Source of the DNA: Eledone cirrhosa
Lineage: Eukaryota
Assembly: GCA_964016885.1 (NCBI GenBank)
Contig: OZ024741.1
Span: forward strand, 98,952,001-99,016,000
DNA: 64,000 bases
Direction: 5' to 3'
The position numbers and the translations under genes are program-made. Shown in pieces: positions 51,801 through 64,000 of the stretch (positions within the stretch are counted from its first letter, which is position 1; the number at the start of each line of letters is the position of its first letter). The notes under the pieces were generated by a model. It ran no database searches. It saw nothing but the letters and a program-made list of their open reading frames with translations, and was not told the origin of the DNA.

Positions 51801-54655
51801 ATAGCCAACCATGAGCAATTCTGGACAACTAAATACTCCTAACCAAAAACCTATCTAGGTACGATCTAGATTGACCAGTGCGGTTTGCCCAAGTCCAGGT
51901 TGGCACAGTTGGAAAATCTAGTCGAAATCTATCGACCAGGTCGAATCAATCGAGTAACCCCTTGAGGCTGCTACACACCCCTCTATCGGGAGATGCCCCT
52001 GCATAGTCCCAACGCGCATCTAGGATTCCATTCCAGTCCCCCACTAAAAGCAGGGAACGCGACGTTCCTAGAAAAGTCTCCAGACGCTGGAAGAAGTCGG
52101 CTCTTTCAGCCCCGAAGAGGGCATAAAACGGACCAGTCTGAAAGCCCCGCCTTCACCGCCTCCGACGTCCAGCACCAGTAATCGACCCCCCGGGTCCGAG
52201 TGAACAATCTGTACGTCGAGAGCCAGACGTTTATCCAGCAGTACGGCAACCCCACCCCCACCTCCGGGTTGACAGAGAGATGCGTGCATCTCAAAGTCAT
52301 CGAAGGCGGGAGCCAGCTGTCGCACGCTGCTGATCCGACTCTCGCAAACAACCATCACATCTATACTTCGTGACCTGAGGCCACTTAGAAGCTTTGCTTG
52401 CTTCCAAGCTGAGCCCAGGCCACGCGCATTCAAACAACCAACTCTCAATTGATCTATTTTGGTATTGAAAGTGAAGAAAGAAAAGCACCTACCTCTCCGG
52501 GTTGTGTAATTTCCATGGGGTCGGGTGTGTTGGGTGGAGGGATGTTTTGTGGTGGTGTGGGGGTATCCGAGTGTGGTGGGGTTGGGGTATTTGGAGTTGT
52601 GTCAGGGAGAGGGGAGGTTATGGGGAAATCTTTCAAGAGGACGCGATTTAACGGTTTTAAACAGGGGGGGGCGGGGCTCACGTCCTGTTTAAATTGTTCT
52701 TTTAAGGAACGATAAAGGTCCAGAGGGACCTTTATCATTTTCAAATGAGTGAAGTTCTCTGTTGAGATAAAGTTTGGCCCTTCGGTCTGCACCAAAGGGC
52801 TATTGTTTATTAATTTAAATAGTTTTTTGTTTTCTTTATTTATATATGTGTATTGTAAAGTCTTTTTTTGTGATGCTGTCAATGTTTCGAAGGGAGGAGG
52901 CGCAGATTTATTTTTGTTTGTCGAGGGTGGGTGTTTTTGGTTGGAGTTGGTGTTTGTGTGTGGGTTATTTGTTGTTGTGGTGTGCTGGGTGTGTGCTTTC
53001 GTTTTTTCCTTTTAACTCCTTCTTCTTCAGAAGTTGGGGGAAACTCTTCAGCGCTAGGTGGGAGAGACGTGGTGTCTGGTTGTTTTTTTTGCGGGAGGGG
53101 TAGAATTGTTGCTGTTTTTTTAAATTATTTGTTTGGAATGTGTTTTGTGGTGGTGGTGGTGATGTTTGTGTTGTGCTTGTGGTTGGTGATGATGGTGGTG
53201 ATTTTTGTGTTGTGCTTGTGTTTGGTGTTGGTGGTGGTGATGTTTGTGTTGTGGTTGTGGTTGGTGGTGTCTGTATTTTGTTTGCTGTGTGTGTTGGTGG
53301 TGTTAGTGTATTTTTGGAGGTGGGTGGTGTTGGTGTACTGTTTGTGGTGGGTGTGAGCAATAGTCCTTTTTGGGGGATACGATTCGGGCAGTTAGCCTTA
53401 ACGTGTCCCCTTTCCATGCATGAATAGCATGCTGGTCTTCTCCCCTCTACAATTATATATATTGGGGTGAGGTCATCCAGACAGATGCGATCCGGGATTT
53501 GCGCTATTCTTTCGGGCCTCATTTGTACTAGTAGGTCGAGGCCCATTCCCAGGAACGCATCTCCAGATGCCTTCCCCATTGACAGCACTGTGTCCTCGCC
53601 CATGTCTATGAAGCCAGCAATAGCCCACCAGAAGTCCATTGTGGGCAGCATTGTCTGTATTTTGACTCTCTGAGTTCTTCTACCCATGTAGGAGGGATAG
53701 AAACTGTATGCTGTTGATGTGAGTGGGCTTAGGGAAAGCCTCTGTGCTGTTTTTTTGTCTTTTGTTAAAACAGACATGCTGCCATAGAGTCGGTCCTTTC
53801 GTATGAAGAGAATATTCTTCATATGGTCTTTTAGGACCAACTCTATCTCCATTTGGCTGGGCTCTGCTGGCTTCCTTGTGTTGTTTAGGACTGTTCTAAA
53901 CAGAACAGTGTTCTCTTGTCTCGTTTTCTTGAATTCTGGGGGTGAATTAATGGAAAACATTCCGTTCTCCCCCAAGACTATGTGCTTTTTTGCTTCTGCC
54001 AGTTTCTCTCTGGCAGCAGTTAAGTCAATAGGTGTATATGTGATTGATTTTTTTTGTTGTCTGGGCAAAAGTTGTTTTTGTTGTGTTTGTGTTATTTATG
54101 TTGGTGTATTCGTTCACATTTTTTTTTTCCTTTGGGGTTAGACTCCATTTTTTCAAAGTCTTCACTTATATTTTCATTATCCGAGAGACTTGTAGTCACA
54201 GCTACTACTTCTCTTTCACCTTTGCTGGTGGGCGTGGCGCCGTGAAAAGTCGAAACGGCATCCATTAATTTTGGCAATTTCTCCGAGTTAATTTTTTTCA
54301 CATTTGTTTCATTAGGGTTAGGTTCCATTTTTTCAATGTTTCTAATAATCATTATTCTTTCAGTAGGGTGGCTTGTTGACTCAGCTACCCGCTCTCCTTC
54401 AGTTTGTTTAGTGGGCGTGTCATCGTTACCTGTGGTAATGGCTTCCATTACCACTAGCGTAGAGACAATTGCAAGATTTTTAGGATGAAAAATTTCACCC
54501 CAAAAGGGGTGAAATAAATTAACCCTAATGTCCGAAGACCCAGGCAAGGGGGTTAATTAACACAATAACGCAAGAATACAGACAAACACTTACTGTTAAC
54601 ACGTAATATCTCCAATAACCGCGGAGCCGATGTGAAGCACGTCTATGCCATCCGG

Positions 54656-54656
<1 letters not shown>
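48801..54656 (-). mobile_element. Tx1/L1-clade LINE copy F, full length (~5.85 kb), several frameshifts, inserted in (GATA)n
   Basis: ORF2 pieces 52068..52448, 50319..51818 and 49032..50162 are highly similar to copy C; ORF1 pieces 52454..54547; (GATA)n at 48726-48800 and 54657-54688. Confidence 0.95.
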
Positions 54657-54688
<32 letters not shown>

Positions 54689-55999
54689 TCTTTATTTATT
54701 TATTTATTAGATATCTTTCTTTTAGGTAGATAGGTAGGTAGATAGACAGATAATGTATTATTTACAAGTGGAACACTTAAAAACTACACTTCACGTATGT
54801 GCTATAATCCCCTTCCCAACCCTGCCAACTTCAATAGTTAATCCTATATACTTTCTATTTCCTATATCTATTAACGTTATTGTTTAACATAGTAGCCTAT
54901 TTAACATGTGCAATGTTACACCTATGTTGGTTTTCAAGAATCCCATTAATAACGAAACAACAGTAGTCCACTGTGTAAATACCATCCTAATTCCCGATTG
55001 CCTTAACGTGTGAATATCAGATGGGAAATTCACATAACTTCAATAACGTAATTTATCTTTGTGTAATTCTGAAAACTATATTCTCAATATATTCTCACTA
55101 TTATATGAATTCTTTTGGACGTTTCCTTTGAAATTAAGTTTTCACTTCGCAATTTTTTTAAATTTCACCTCTACTAGATGTTATATAATAGACATGTTCA
55201 AATTGTAAACATATCTTAATTTCTTATCTTACTCATCATCTATATTCAGAGTGCAAGTAATTAAGAGGCCTTCTGTTCGTTTTAAATGCATCACTTTGTG
55301 ACCCATTGCCATGAATTCTAATTCTAAAATGACAGTCATCATAGCTCAACGGTCCGAGCAAAACTAGTAATGGTTCCAGGTCACACATGGAAAGTTGAGA
55401 CCGTTTAAGCAGGGAATGCATCGTGCCGAGATGTGAAACGTAGGTTCAATTACAAGCTACTCCTCAAATAATTTATTAATCAATAAAAGAATGAAAACAT
55501 TTTGAAGTTTTGAAAATTTTCTATAAAGACATTTCGCATCCTACATTACAGTAAACATATTTTCGTAAACATACATACTACACTATATAAAATACAACAA
55601 AGACAAAACTGAATAACATCAGTTTATCTTGTTTTGTTTTTTAGGAGTTTTTTTTTTTCAGTATTCACATTTCTTAACGCTCTTAACATACGTATACTTT
55701 AAAAAATCCTGCTTAATCGTATTCGGTAACAAAGTCTGCTCAGTATTTATCTGTGTAAACAAAGAGAGTGCATAGCGTCACAGTAACAGATATTAACAAA
55801 GTTGCACACAGAAACATCTGTCTGTATGTGTGCTTTTCGTCTGTCTCTCTATATAACTCTTAATAAATGAATCAATCGATCTGTCAGTTTATCTATCTAC
55901 ATATCCATCTCTCTCTCTGTCTCTGACTTTCACTCGTTCTCTAATCTCTCTCCTTCTCTTTCGCTATATACATTTATATGTATATGTGTATATGTGTGT

Positions 56000-56046
<47 letters not shown>

Positions 56047-56229
56047 GTGTGTGTGTGAGAGAAAGAGAGAGGGAGAGAGAGTGTGTGCATGTGTGTGTAT
56101 GTGTGTGTGTATGCGTCTAAAACCATCAATCAAAATATATTTACGTTGAACGTAAATATATCCAGTTATCGTAAATCATATACTTACACTTGACCTCAAA
56201 CACACATATCATACCGCTTAAGGATGATA

Positions 56230-56470
56230 TCATACACATTCTTCTATCCGCTACCTCCCAGCAAACCACCCTCTTACCAGGGACACAACCGATAGTATGG
56301 GGAAAACGGAGGACCTCAAATTACAACCATTGTAATGCTTCTCGGTAGCATTGCCAAGCCAGGAATTTCTGGAAGTTGTCCATAGGCCCTGGTCAGAAAG
56401 TTCTCAAGAAGATTGGCTAGTTGATTTTCACCGACAATCAGAGTCTCCCCAAGGACGTCGTTGCCGGGTT
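56230..56470 (-). mobile_element. Tx1/L1-clade LINE copy G, old internal fragment
   Basis: Encodes PMDNFQKFLAWQCYRE, as in the other copies. Confidence 0.7.
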
Positions 56471-57072
56471 TCACCGATCGTACTGCCCTATTGACTAAAA
56501 TGAATATAAAAAGAGGGAAAGGGAAAATTGAAGGAAGAAAAGAAAGATAGAAATCAAGTGGAGAAAGGAATGGAAAAAAGGTCTTCAGTAGAGGTTTTCT
56601 TTAGTTATTGCTTTTCATTTTAACTTATGACGCGTGTGTGTGTGTGTGTGTGTGTGTGTGGTTGCAAGTGTTTGGATACAAGTGTGTGTAAAATAGGTTA
56701 TTCCTATCCATAGATCACTGTTTATTGTCGCATGGGGAACAATAACATATTTAATTGTGGTTTGTATTTGTTAATGTATTATAGAGTGGGGAACATTTTG
56801 AAGTTGAAAATGTTTAATCCTGCGATTTGTCTCGTGTTTCCATCGCGAATTTGTTGGCGATCTATGGTTATTCTTTTGCGTAATGAAATTCCCGTTTGTC
56901 TGATATAATTTTGCAAACATTCACGCCATAGCTAGAGGGGGTAAGTGAGCCGGTCCGCCCCGGGCAACACTTTTATGGGGGCAGCATAATATTATAATTG
57001 TACATAGACAGGTTAATATATATATTTATATATATATATATATAACTTTAAATGTTATATATATATATATAT

Positions 57073-57713
57073 ATCTGTATATATATATAAAATTAAGTAT
57101 GTGTGTGTGTGTCTGTGTATTACCTATAGGGGGCCTACATCTTACGACCGATTTTCATGAAACTTTACAGGCTCATAGATTAGTCATCGAGGAGTGTTTT
57201 CTATATATCAGCGTATCGTTTTTTTTTTATTCCAGGGTCATTCTGCAGATAAAAATCGATAAGGGGGGGGGGGGGCACTTTTTTTAAAGTATCGAAAAAT
57301 AAGGTTTTTGGCTCTAGCTCCCACATTTTGCCACCGATTTCGTTCAAATTTAAAGCAAAATAGAATTTATTATGTAAATGGCTTTACATTTTGGATTTTT
57401 TTTGTTCAGCAACGGCGTGGCAGCCGCTTAAATATTCGAAAATACCACAAATTTCGCTCAAATTTCCGCCTTTTCGGCTCTAGCTCCCACATTTTTCAAC
57501 CGATTTCGTTCAAATTCAAAACTCCCTCCCCCAGCATGCCCCTTCGTCAGTCACCCACGTTTATCAGTGATAGAGGTCCATCACCACCCTCCCCCCGCAT
57601 GGCCTGTGTCTAGCCATAGATGAGTCATCGAGAAGCAGTCGCTAAGATCAACACCTATTCATCAAAATCAGATATTATTTTACCTACCCAGGCAACGCTG
57701 GGTACTGCTGGTA

Positions 57714-57714
<1 letters not shown>
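57073..57714 (+). mobile_element. Non-autonomous Helitron
   Basis: 5' TC-tatatataaaattaag(tg)n; internal repeat ggctctagctcccacatttt..accgatttcgttcaaatt x2; 3' cccaggcaacgctgggtactgCTGGt. Confidence 0.65.
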
Positions 57715-57762
<48 letters not shown>

Positions 57763-58118
57763 GAGCAATATGTTTTCATTGTGGGGGCAAACTTGAGAGC
57801 TAGCAGGGACGGCACACATTCTAGCTATGTCATTGCATCCACAGTATGTAATCACACAAATTAGGTTTTTCGAGTTGCAGGTGAAATGTTCTTTTATTCT
57901 GAAGGTTTGTCCATCCTTAAATTAATTATATATATGTATAAAGAGAGAGAGATACAGGGAAAGAGATACGGGGAAGAGATACGGGGAAAGGGATGGGAAA
58001 ATGGATTGAAGTATTGATTAATTAAATTATTGATTAAAGGATATATGCACGTGTATGTGTGTATATGAGAGAGGCAGATAGACACACAGATAGTGGTGAG
58101 AGAGAGGGAGAATGAGAA

Positions 58119-58185
<67 letters not shown>

Positions 58186-58205
58186 GAGAGAGAGGGGGGA
58201 GATAG

Positions 58206-58405
58206 NNNNNNNNNNNNNNNNNNNNNNNNNNNNNNNNNNNNNNNNNNNNNNNNNNNNNNNNNNNNNNNNNNNNNNNNNNNNNNNNNNNNNNNNNNNNNNN
58301 NNNNNNNNNNNNNNNNNNNNNNNNNNNNNNNNNNNNNNNNNNNNNNNNNNNNNNNNNNNNNNNNNNNNNNNNNNNNNNNNNNNNNNNNNNNNNNNNNNNN
58401 NNNNN
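58206..58405. other. Assembly gap (200 N) within a (GA)n tract
   Basis: Run of N. Confidence 1.
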
Positions 58406-59393
58406 AGAGAGAGAGAGGGGGGAGATAGGGAAATATACAGTCAAATTTTTGAAAGAATACTTTTTAAATCTTTCATTTGGTTTTCCAAATTCGTGTTTGT
58501 CTGTAATAGATACTATACAATCTCATTGTTAACTTCTGGAGGGGGTGATTCTTTTGTATTCTTTTTAAGCTATTTTCATTCATACGTTCACCACTCCCAT
58601 ACACTTACCTTCCTTCATTAACACATAGAACCTACGAGAATACTCTACAAGCATAGGCACTCTCTATGACTGATGACAACTAATACATTGTGAGACTCTT
58701 TCGTAGCCTAATACAATCAATTGTGTAAATCGGTTCCTTTTGTTTAGCCATTCTTCAATTCTCCTGGACCAAGATAATTGTCAAATTTGAAATTTAACAG
58801 TACCAATCCTTAAATGCAATGTAGTATTGTCAACGCACGAACATGTTAACACGTTTCAGCTAACATTTAAGTCACGTGTACTCTTCAGGGCACTCAGCAA
58901 TAGCGGAAATGTCATCTGTCTTTCGCCTATGTGTGACATGAACTCAACTGCTGAAGTAAGCAATACAACTCACTGGATATTGCCTCTCTTCCCTTACACA
59001 CGACCCTGTATTGTTTTACTCAGCATAGAATCAGTGACGTCGGATATGCCAAATAAAATCTAGACTCTACCATTACAACTACTAAAACGTTCGCTTTTGC
59101 TCAAATACTCACTCTCTCACATCTATGTATATCTTCTTTTACTCGCTCCGATCTCTATCTCTCTCTCAGTCGCTCTTTTCTCATCCTCTTTATTCCTTTC
59201 CGCATTATGTTTAGTTTTCCTTTGTTTGTATCTATCTATGAATGAATGTAGGTTCGTATGTATGTTTGTATGTATGTATATATATATATATATATATATA
59301 TTGAGTATATGTTGGTTGTTTACCGACACTTCAGTATGCAGATTGGAGCACTCGACGAAGTACGCAGGTTGGTTTGTTTACTCCGGAGTAATG

Positions 59394-59592
59394 TAAAATA
59401 ATTAAGTCAAATATGTAAAATTTGGCTTTGATTATTATAAATTAAAAATTACTGCTATATATATTTCCACACGAATTCGGACTGCCTGAAGAGGTCTCAG
59501 CCAATGATGGCTGTCACCGAAATATATATAGCAGTAATTTTTAATTTATAATAAACTAAGCCAAATTTTACATATTTGACTTAATTATTTTA
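59394..59592. mobile_element. PLE-like hairpin remnant (~74-bp inverted arms) carrying a hammerhead
   Basis: 59394-59467 is approximately the reverse complement of 59519-59592; ends in (TA)n. Confidence 0.7.
59481..59535 (+). ncRNA. Type I hammerhead ribozyme
   Basis: Stem I actgc/gcagt; CTGAAGA; stem II ggt..cagcca/tggctg..acc; GAAA; palindromic stem III atatatat; cleavage AUA after 59530. Confidence 0.8.
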
Positions 59593-59692
59593 TATATATA
59601 TATATATACACACGTTATTCCGGGTTGTATCGGAGGTAACCACAGTAAGTAAGGTACTCAATACATTGCAGAGTATAAAAGTTTTAATATAT

Positions 59693-59741
59693 AGATTCCT
59701 GATGATTTCTAAAGAATGAAACAGTTCTAGTCCTGTAGAAT

Positions 59742-59743
<2 letters not shown>
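59693..59743 (+). ncRNA. Type I hammerhead ribozyme
   Basis: Stem I agattc/gaatct; CTGATGA; short stem II (t)ttc-taaa-gaa(t); GAAA; stem III acag/ctgt; cleavage GUA after 59737; followed by (TA)n. Confidence 0.78.
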
Positions 59744-59782
<39 letters not shown>

Positions 59783-59819
59783 CTATATTAGCAGGTACTA
59801 ATCGAGCTGTTTGAAGCCA

Positions 59820-60245
59820 TAGGAGCAACGTGGAATAAAGTGTCTTGTCCAAAGACATAACGCACTGCCCGGTCCAGGAATCGAACTCGCAACCTCACGA
59901 TTGCGAATCCAATTCTCTAACCACATGCATATATATGTGTATATATATATATATATAGAGAGAGAGGGGGTTCATCGACTTTCATCAAATCGGACCGAGG
60001 AAACAATGTTTCCGTTGGTCTTTCTAATTGCTAATACTATCTATCGGTCATAACTCCAGGTAGAAGGAGCGACGTGAAATAAAATGTCTTGCTCAAGGAG
60101 GACATACCGCATCGCCCGGTCCAGTAATCGAACTCACAACCTCAAGATTGTGATATACATATATATATATATATATAGCGCGTGTGACTGAGTGGTTAGA
60201 GAATTAGAATCACAATCTTGAGGTTGTGAGTTCGATTCCTGGAGT
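59820..60245. mobile_element. Three partial S2 SINE heads (59820-59925 minus, 60064-60152 minus, 60177-60245 plus)
   Basis: tRNA-like gagtggttagag...gagttcgattcc and its reverse complements. Confidence 0.6.
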
Positions 60246-60339
60246 AATTGCTGGTCTTGTTCCAAAAGTAGAAACAATTGAATTATGTCTGTAGATCATT
60301 TTAATTTTTGGGAAAGGCTGTGCATTCTAATACATTTTG

Positions 60340-60420
60340 CCAGTACGGGTAATCAAAGGGTGTATACATTTTTGAGGGGACACCCTTGTATACAGAGTGT
60401 GCCCCCATAACGTATACATA

Positions 60421-60488
<68 letters not shown>

Positions 60489-60540
60489 TATATATATATA
60501 TATATATATATACATATATACATTTTTGGGGATACCCTAT
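60340..60540. mobile_element. Tc1-type MITE terminal fragments around (TA)n
   Basis: gggggacacccttgta, tacagagtgtgccccc and ggggataccctata resemble CAGGGTGTCCC TIRs. Confidence 0.45.
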
Positions 60541-60840
60541 ATATATATAATACACACATGAAATTGTGAGGAGTCATCGCAGAAATACCTAACTCTAGGC
60601 TTTATATATATATATATATATATAAAGCTTTTAGTTATGTATATCTCTGTGGATTGTGAGGGATGCAAAAAGCTTTTGATGATGGTCACAACAAAGACCG
60701 AAGCTGTTCATTTTTCCAGTCTACTGAGAAATACGCAATTAAGACGTGTTGACGTGTCTACATATATTATTGCAACTGTTTATATACACATTTCTAGCAA
60801 GAAAAATAAATCTTGTCCTGCACATATAGAAATATGAATT

Positions 60841-60873
<33 letters not shown>

Positions 60874-60920
60874 ATGTGTGTGCGCGCGCGAGTGTGTATG
60901 TATAGTATATATATATATAT

Positions 60921-61232
60921 TCCCCACTCCACCTGCCACCACCCTACACGCCCCACACCCTTCCACCACTTGTTTTACTTCATGTTTATTTTTATTTTTA
61001 TTATGCTTTTATATTTAATTTCATTTGTACCGTTTCCTCTCACCCCCTTTTTTCTATATGTCTCTCCACCACTCCCCTACACACCCTTGGAACTCTCTTC
61101 CCACACACTTTTCACCTGAAGAAGGGCTTATGCCCGAAACGTCGTTCCCCACCGCCACCCTACTCTCGAGCGTGAAACTAATAAACCTTTGTTCGTACTA
61201 CCTCTCTGTTTTGTTCCCGTTTAATTTTTTAC
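60921..61232 (+). mobile_element. PLE pseudo-LTR / 3' end remnant in (TA)n
   Basis: Pyrimidine-rich tract, minimal hammerhead, AATAAA, ends in (TA)n. Confidence 0.6.
61113..61146 (+). ncRNA. Minimal (PLE-type) hammerhead ribozyme
   Basis: CTGAAGA-a-gggc-ttat-gccc-GAAAC-GTC; palindromic acgt stem III; very short stem I. Confidence 0.7.
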
Positions 61233-61266
61233 TATATATATATATATATATAGTATATATACACAC

Positions 61267-61299
<33 letters not shown>

Positions 61300-61305
61300 G
61301 GTGTG

Positions 61306-61373
<68 letters not shown>

Positions 61374-61412
61374 CACACACGCGCGCACACACACATACAC
61401 ATACACACACAT

Positions 61413-61460
<48 letters not shown>

Positions 61461-61462
<2 letters not shown>

Positions 61463-62417
61463 TAGACATGAAAAATGCGCAAGCTCAAAAGTGCCACAGA
61501 ATGTTATAATAAACCTTCAAAAGTGTGGGACTAGAGTTGTTGCTAAAAAATATTGTAATCATTATATATCGTACATTCTGTGGCATCCTTTATAAAAATA
61601 GCTTAAACCAACGAAGCCTTTATTTTTACGCTATTTCACTTAGTTAATTCTTAGAGTGTAACATATAAAAATATGATTTACAACTATAAAATAAATTAAT
61701 TAATATAATAACAGAGCTGCGGAGCTGAAATTTAGGAAATAATGGAGTATCGGATCCTGAGTTGGAGCCAGTCAATTTTTGGCCGACTCCGCAGCCCTGT
61801 ATAATACATTTCATATTAAAGTTATTAATAAACCTATTTTACACTGCATGCAAATTACCATGAGATATTGATATTAGATATAAGATACAGCGCAATATCT
61901 ACAGCTGTAAAAGTACGAAAGCGAAGTAATAATAAGTGGCTTAAGGTAATTCCAATATGAAAGTTTGTAGTGATAAAAATTTGATAATGCAATACGATTG
62001 TTAATATTATAGTTCTATGAAAATGTAACAATAGATAACTAAATTATTTTACTATTAGTATATTTAAGAAATTATCATTATAGATTTGATCGTTCATATA
62101 AGCATCATATTAATTTTCAACACAATTATTTTGTTACTATGAGTATATGATAATAATATTACGTAATTATTTATAGCTGTTATTACATTAAACATAGATG
62201 TATTTATTTTTATATGTTACACTCTAAGAATTAACTAAGTGAAATAGCGTAAAAATAAAGGCTTCGTTGGTTTAAGCTATTTTTATAAAGGATGCCACAG
62301 AATGTACGATATATAATGATTACAATATTTTTTAGCAACAACTCTAGTCCCACACTTTTGAAGGTTTATTATAACATTCTGTGGCACTTTTGAGCTTGCG
62401 CATTTTTCATGTCTAGT
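61461..62417. mobile_element. Foldback / non-autonomous DNA element with ~212-bp terminal inverted repeats
   Basis: 61461-61673 is the reverse complement of ~62205-62417 with no mismatch seen; ends ACTAGAC...GTCTAGT; AT-rich non-coding interior. Confidence 0.85.
61712..61799. mobile_element. hAT-like micro-MITE nested in the foldback
   Basis: cagagctgcggag / ctccgcagccctg TIRs; 8-bp TSD tataataa / tataatac. Confidence 0.65.
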
Positions 62418-63007
62418 TTAATATTTTTTTAAGGCAACGCTTGTAATAACTCTAGTTAAACAGGATATATATTAATAATAAATTATCGTTGTAATGTAAT
62501 TAGATTATGTAATTGTTATTATAAATTATCTTATAAATATTAGTGTAAGATGTATAAAAATATTTTCAGACTTTTAATATAAACAACTACAAAAAACAAT
62601 CAATATTAAATCAATATATTATACATAATAGAAAACATAAAATAAACAATACAAAAACAAAATATTTACATACAATTGCAATTATCAGTGTATATACATT
62701 TTCTTTATATTCCCTGAGCAAATTAATAAGATTTGTTTTTATTGTACATAATTTGATGACTTGTTGGAGTGTATTAAAAGATAGCAACAATTTGTGATTA
62801 AATTGTTATCTTAAGCAACTCACTTTTTAATATTTGTTGGCTGAGCGAAATTGTAAAAGCCTATGAGCAAATATAAAAAAAAATACACAAACAACATTTC
62901 CTTGTGTTATTACAACATTAGATAAAATAATTGAGCAATGTCGTTATATTTTGCTCTTATTGCACATTAATAGTGTTTCTATTTTTCGGCACAAATCCAT
63001 TACGGCA

Positions 63008-63140
63008 GTCCATTACTGGTACTTTATTTTATCGAATTAGTAAGTATGAAAGTCGAAGTTAACCTCGGCAGGATTTGAACTTAGAATGCAAAGGACCATA
63101 ACAATACTGCAAAGCATGGTGTCTGACGCTCTACCAATAC
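63008..63140 (-). mobile_element. S1 SINE
   Basis: ctggtactttattttatcga...aacctcggcaggatttgaact. Confidence 0.7.
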
Positions 63141-63607
63141 TTGTTTTGAGCTGGTCATTAATTTATTGTGGTCGTGCGTGGAGTAGAGCAATCGCTAGTT
63201 GAAATATTATGAACAAAACATTTTTATTTGCCGAAGAACATATTTTCAATACTGTTTGTGAATGTGACGAAGGAAATACATTCTGATATGGAACAGTGTA
63301 CAAAGTGTGTCTGTGAATAACATAATGTTACCTCATGTTGTTGTCAAGACATAATGGATTTCGTATATCCAATTAGAAGATGAAACCTAGCCATCTCGGA
63401 TTAGTTATATTTCATGCCATGTGTAAACGTGTTTGAGGATAGCAAAATATGCGTGTTTCTTGTCTGGAAACTTTCTGCTAAACTGATTGGTTTCGTTTTT
63501 GGCACTATACAATACTCATCCAACAGATAGCTGTATTGGATCCTTGATTGGTTAATATTTAGGTGAGGGTGCTTGATGCAGAGTTAGTGCAAAATGGATC
63601 AATGAGT

Positions 63608-64000
63608 GTAATAATAATAATGATAATAATAATGAAAATATTGTGTACAATGCTGAGGTGCACTACAACTCATCAAAAGTGCATATATAATACATAGGGT
63701 AATATAAAAACGTCAGGAAAAAAGAACAGTGCATGAGTCATGATATACACATATGTGCTTGTGTATGGAAGGGGGACATCAGGTGTAGTTTTGGTGTATT
63801 TCGGAATGTATGATGGTTTTAAAGGATGCAGTGTGTCATCAGCTAACAACTGATGCAGGAAGTTTGTTCCATCCTTCAGCAACTCTGAGCATGAAGAAAT
63901 ATTTCCTAAAGTCATGGGAGCTGTGTTGTTTTCTGACTTTGTAGGCATGTCCACGTGTTAAACACATGGAGATCAAAAAGGTGTTCGGGGTTGTTGTTGG
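63608..64000 (-). mobile_element. CR1-clade LINE 3' end with (TTA)n tail, running off the window
   Basis: Minus-strand frame LTRGHAYKVRKQHSSHDFRKYFFMLRVAEGWNKLPASVV matches the CR1 ORF2 C-terminal signature. Confidence 0.8.

Noticed and set aside
63673-63954. 93-aa minus-strand ORF as a host gene
   Set aside because: Another frame of the same DNA carries the CR1 ORF2 C-terminal signature.

Overview
This is AT-rich, microsatellite-saturated animal genomic DNA. The SINE/LINE repertoire and repeat density suggest a cephalopod such as Octopus (inference). No host protein-coding gene can be supported, and almost all ORF-track entries are translations of simple repeats or antisense shadows of retroelements. 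The window is a transposon landscape with these components: (i) seven copies or fragments of a Tx1/L1-clade LINE on the minus strand, five of them bounded on both sides by (GATA)n in two head-to-tail stacks, including one near-intact 5.7-kb copy (ORF1 with a zinc knuckle; ORF2 EN-RT-CCHC broken by one homopolymer indel); (ii) a rearranged Penelope-like element (PLE) and several short PLE-type remnants in (TA)n that carry four canonical hammerhead-ribozyme cores, one core-variant hammerhead (two copies) and a family of 5'-truncated hammerheads, usually folded into long palindromes; (iii) RTE LINEs, one with a PHD finger inserted inside the RT domain; (iv) a decayed full-length mariner, a CR1 3' end, non-autonomous Helitrons, MITEs, a ~955-bp foldback with ~212-bp apparently perfect arms, and many tRNA-derived SINEs. 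There is a 200-N assembly gap at 58206-58405. All alignments and RNA folds were done by eye.
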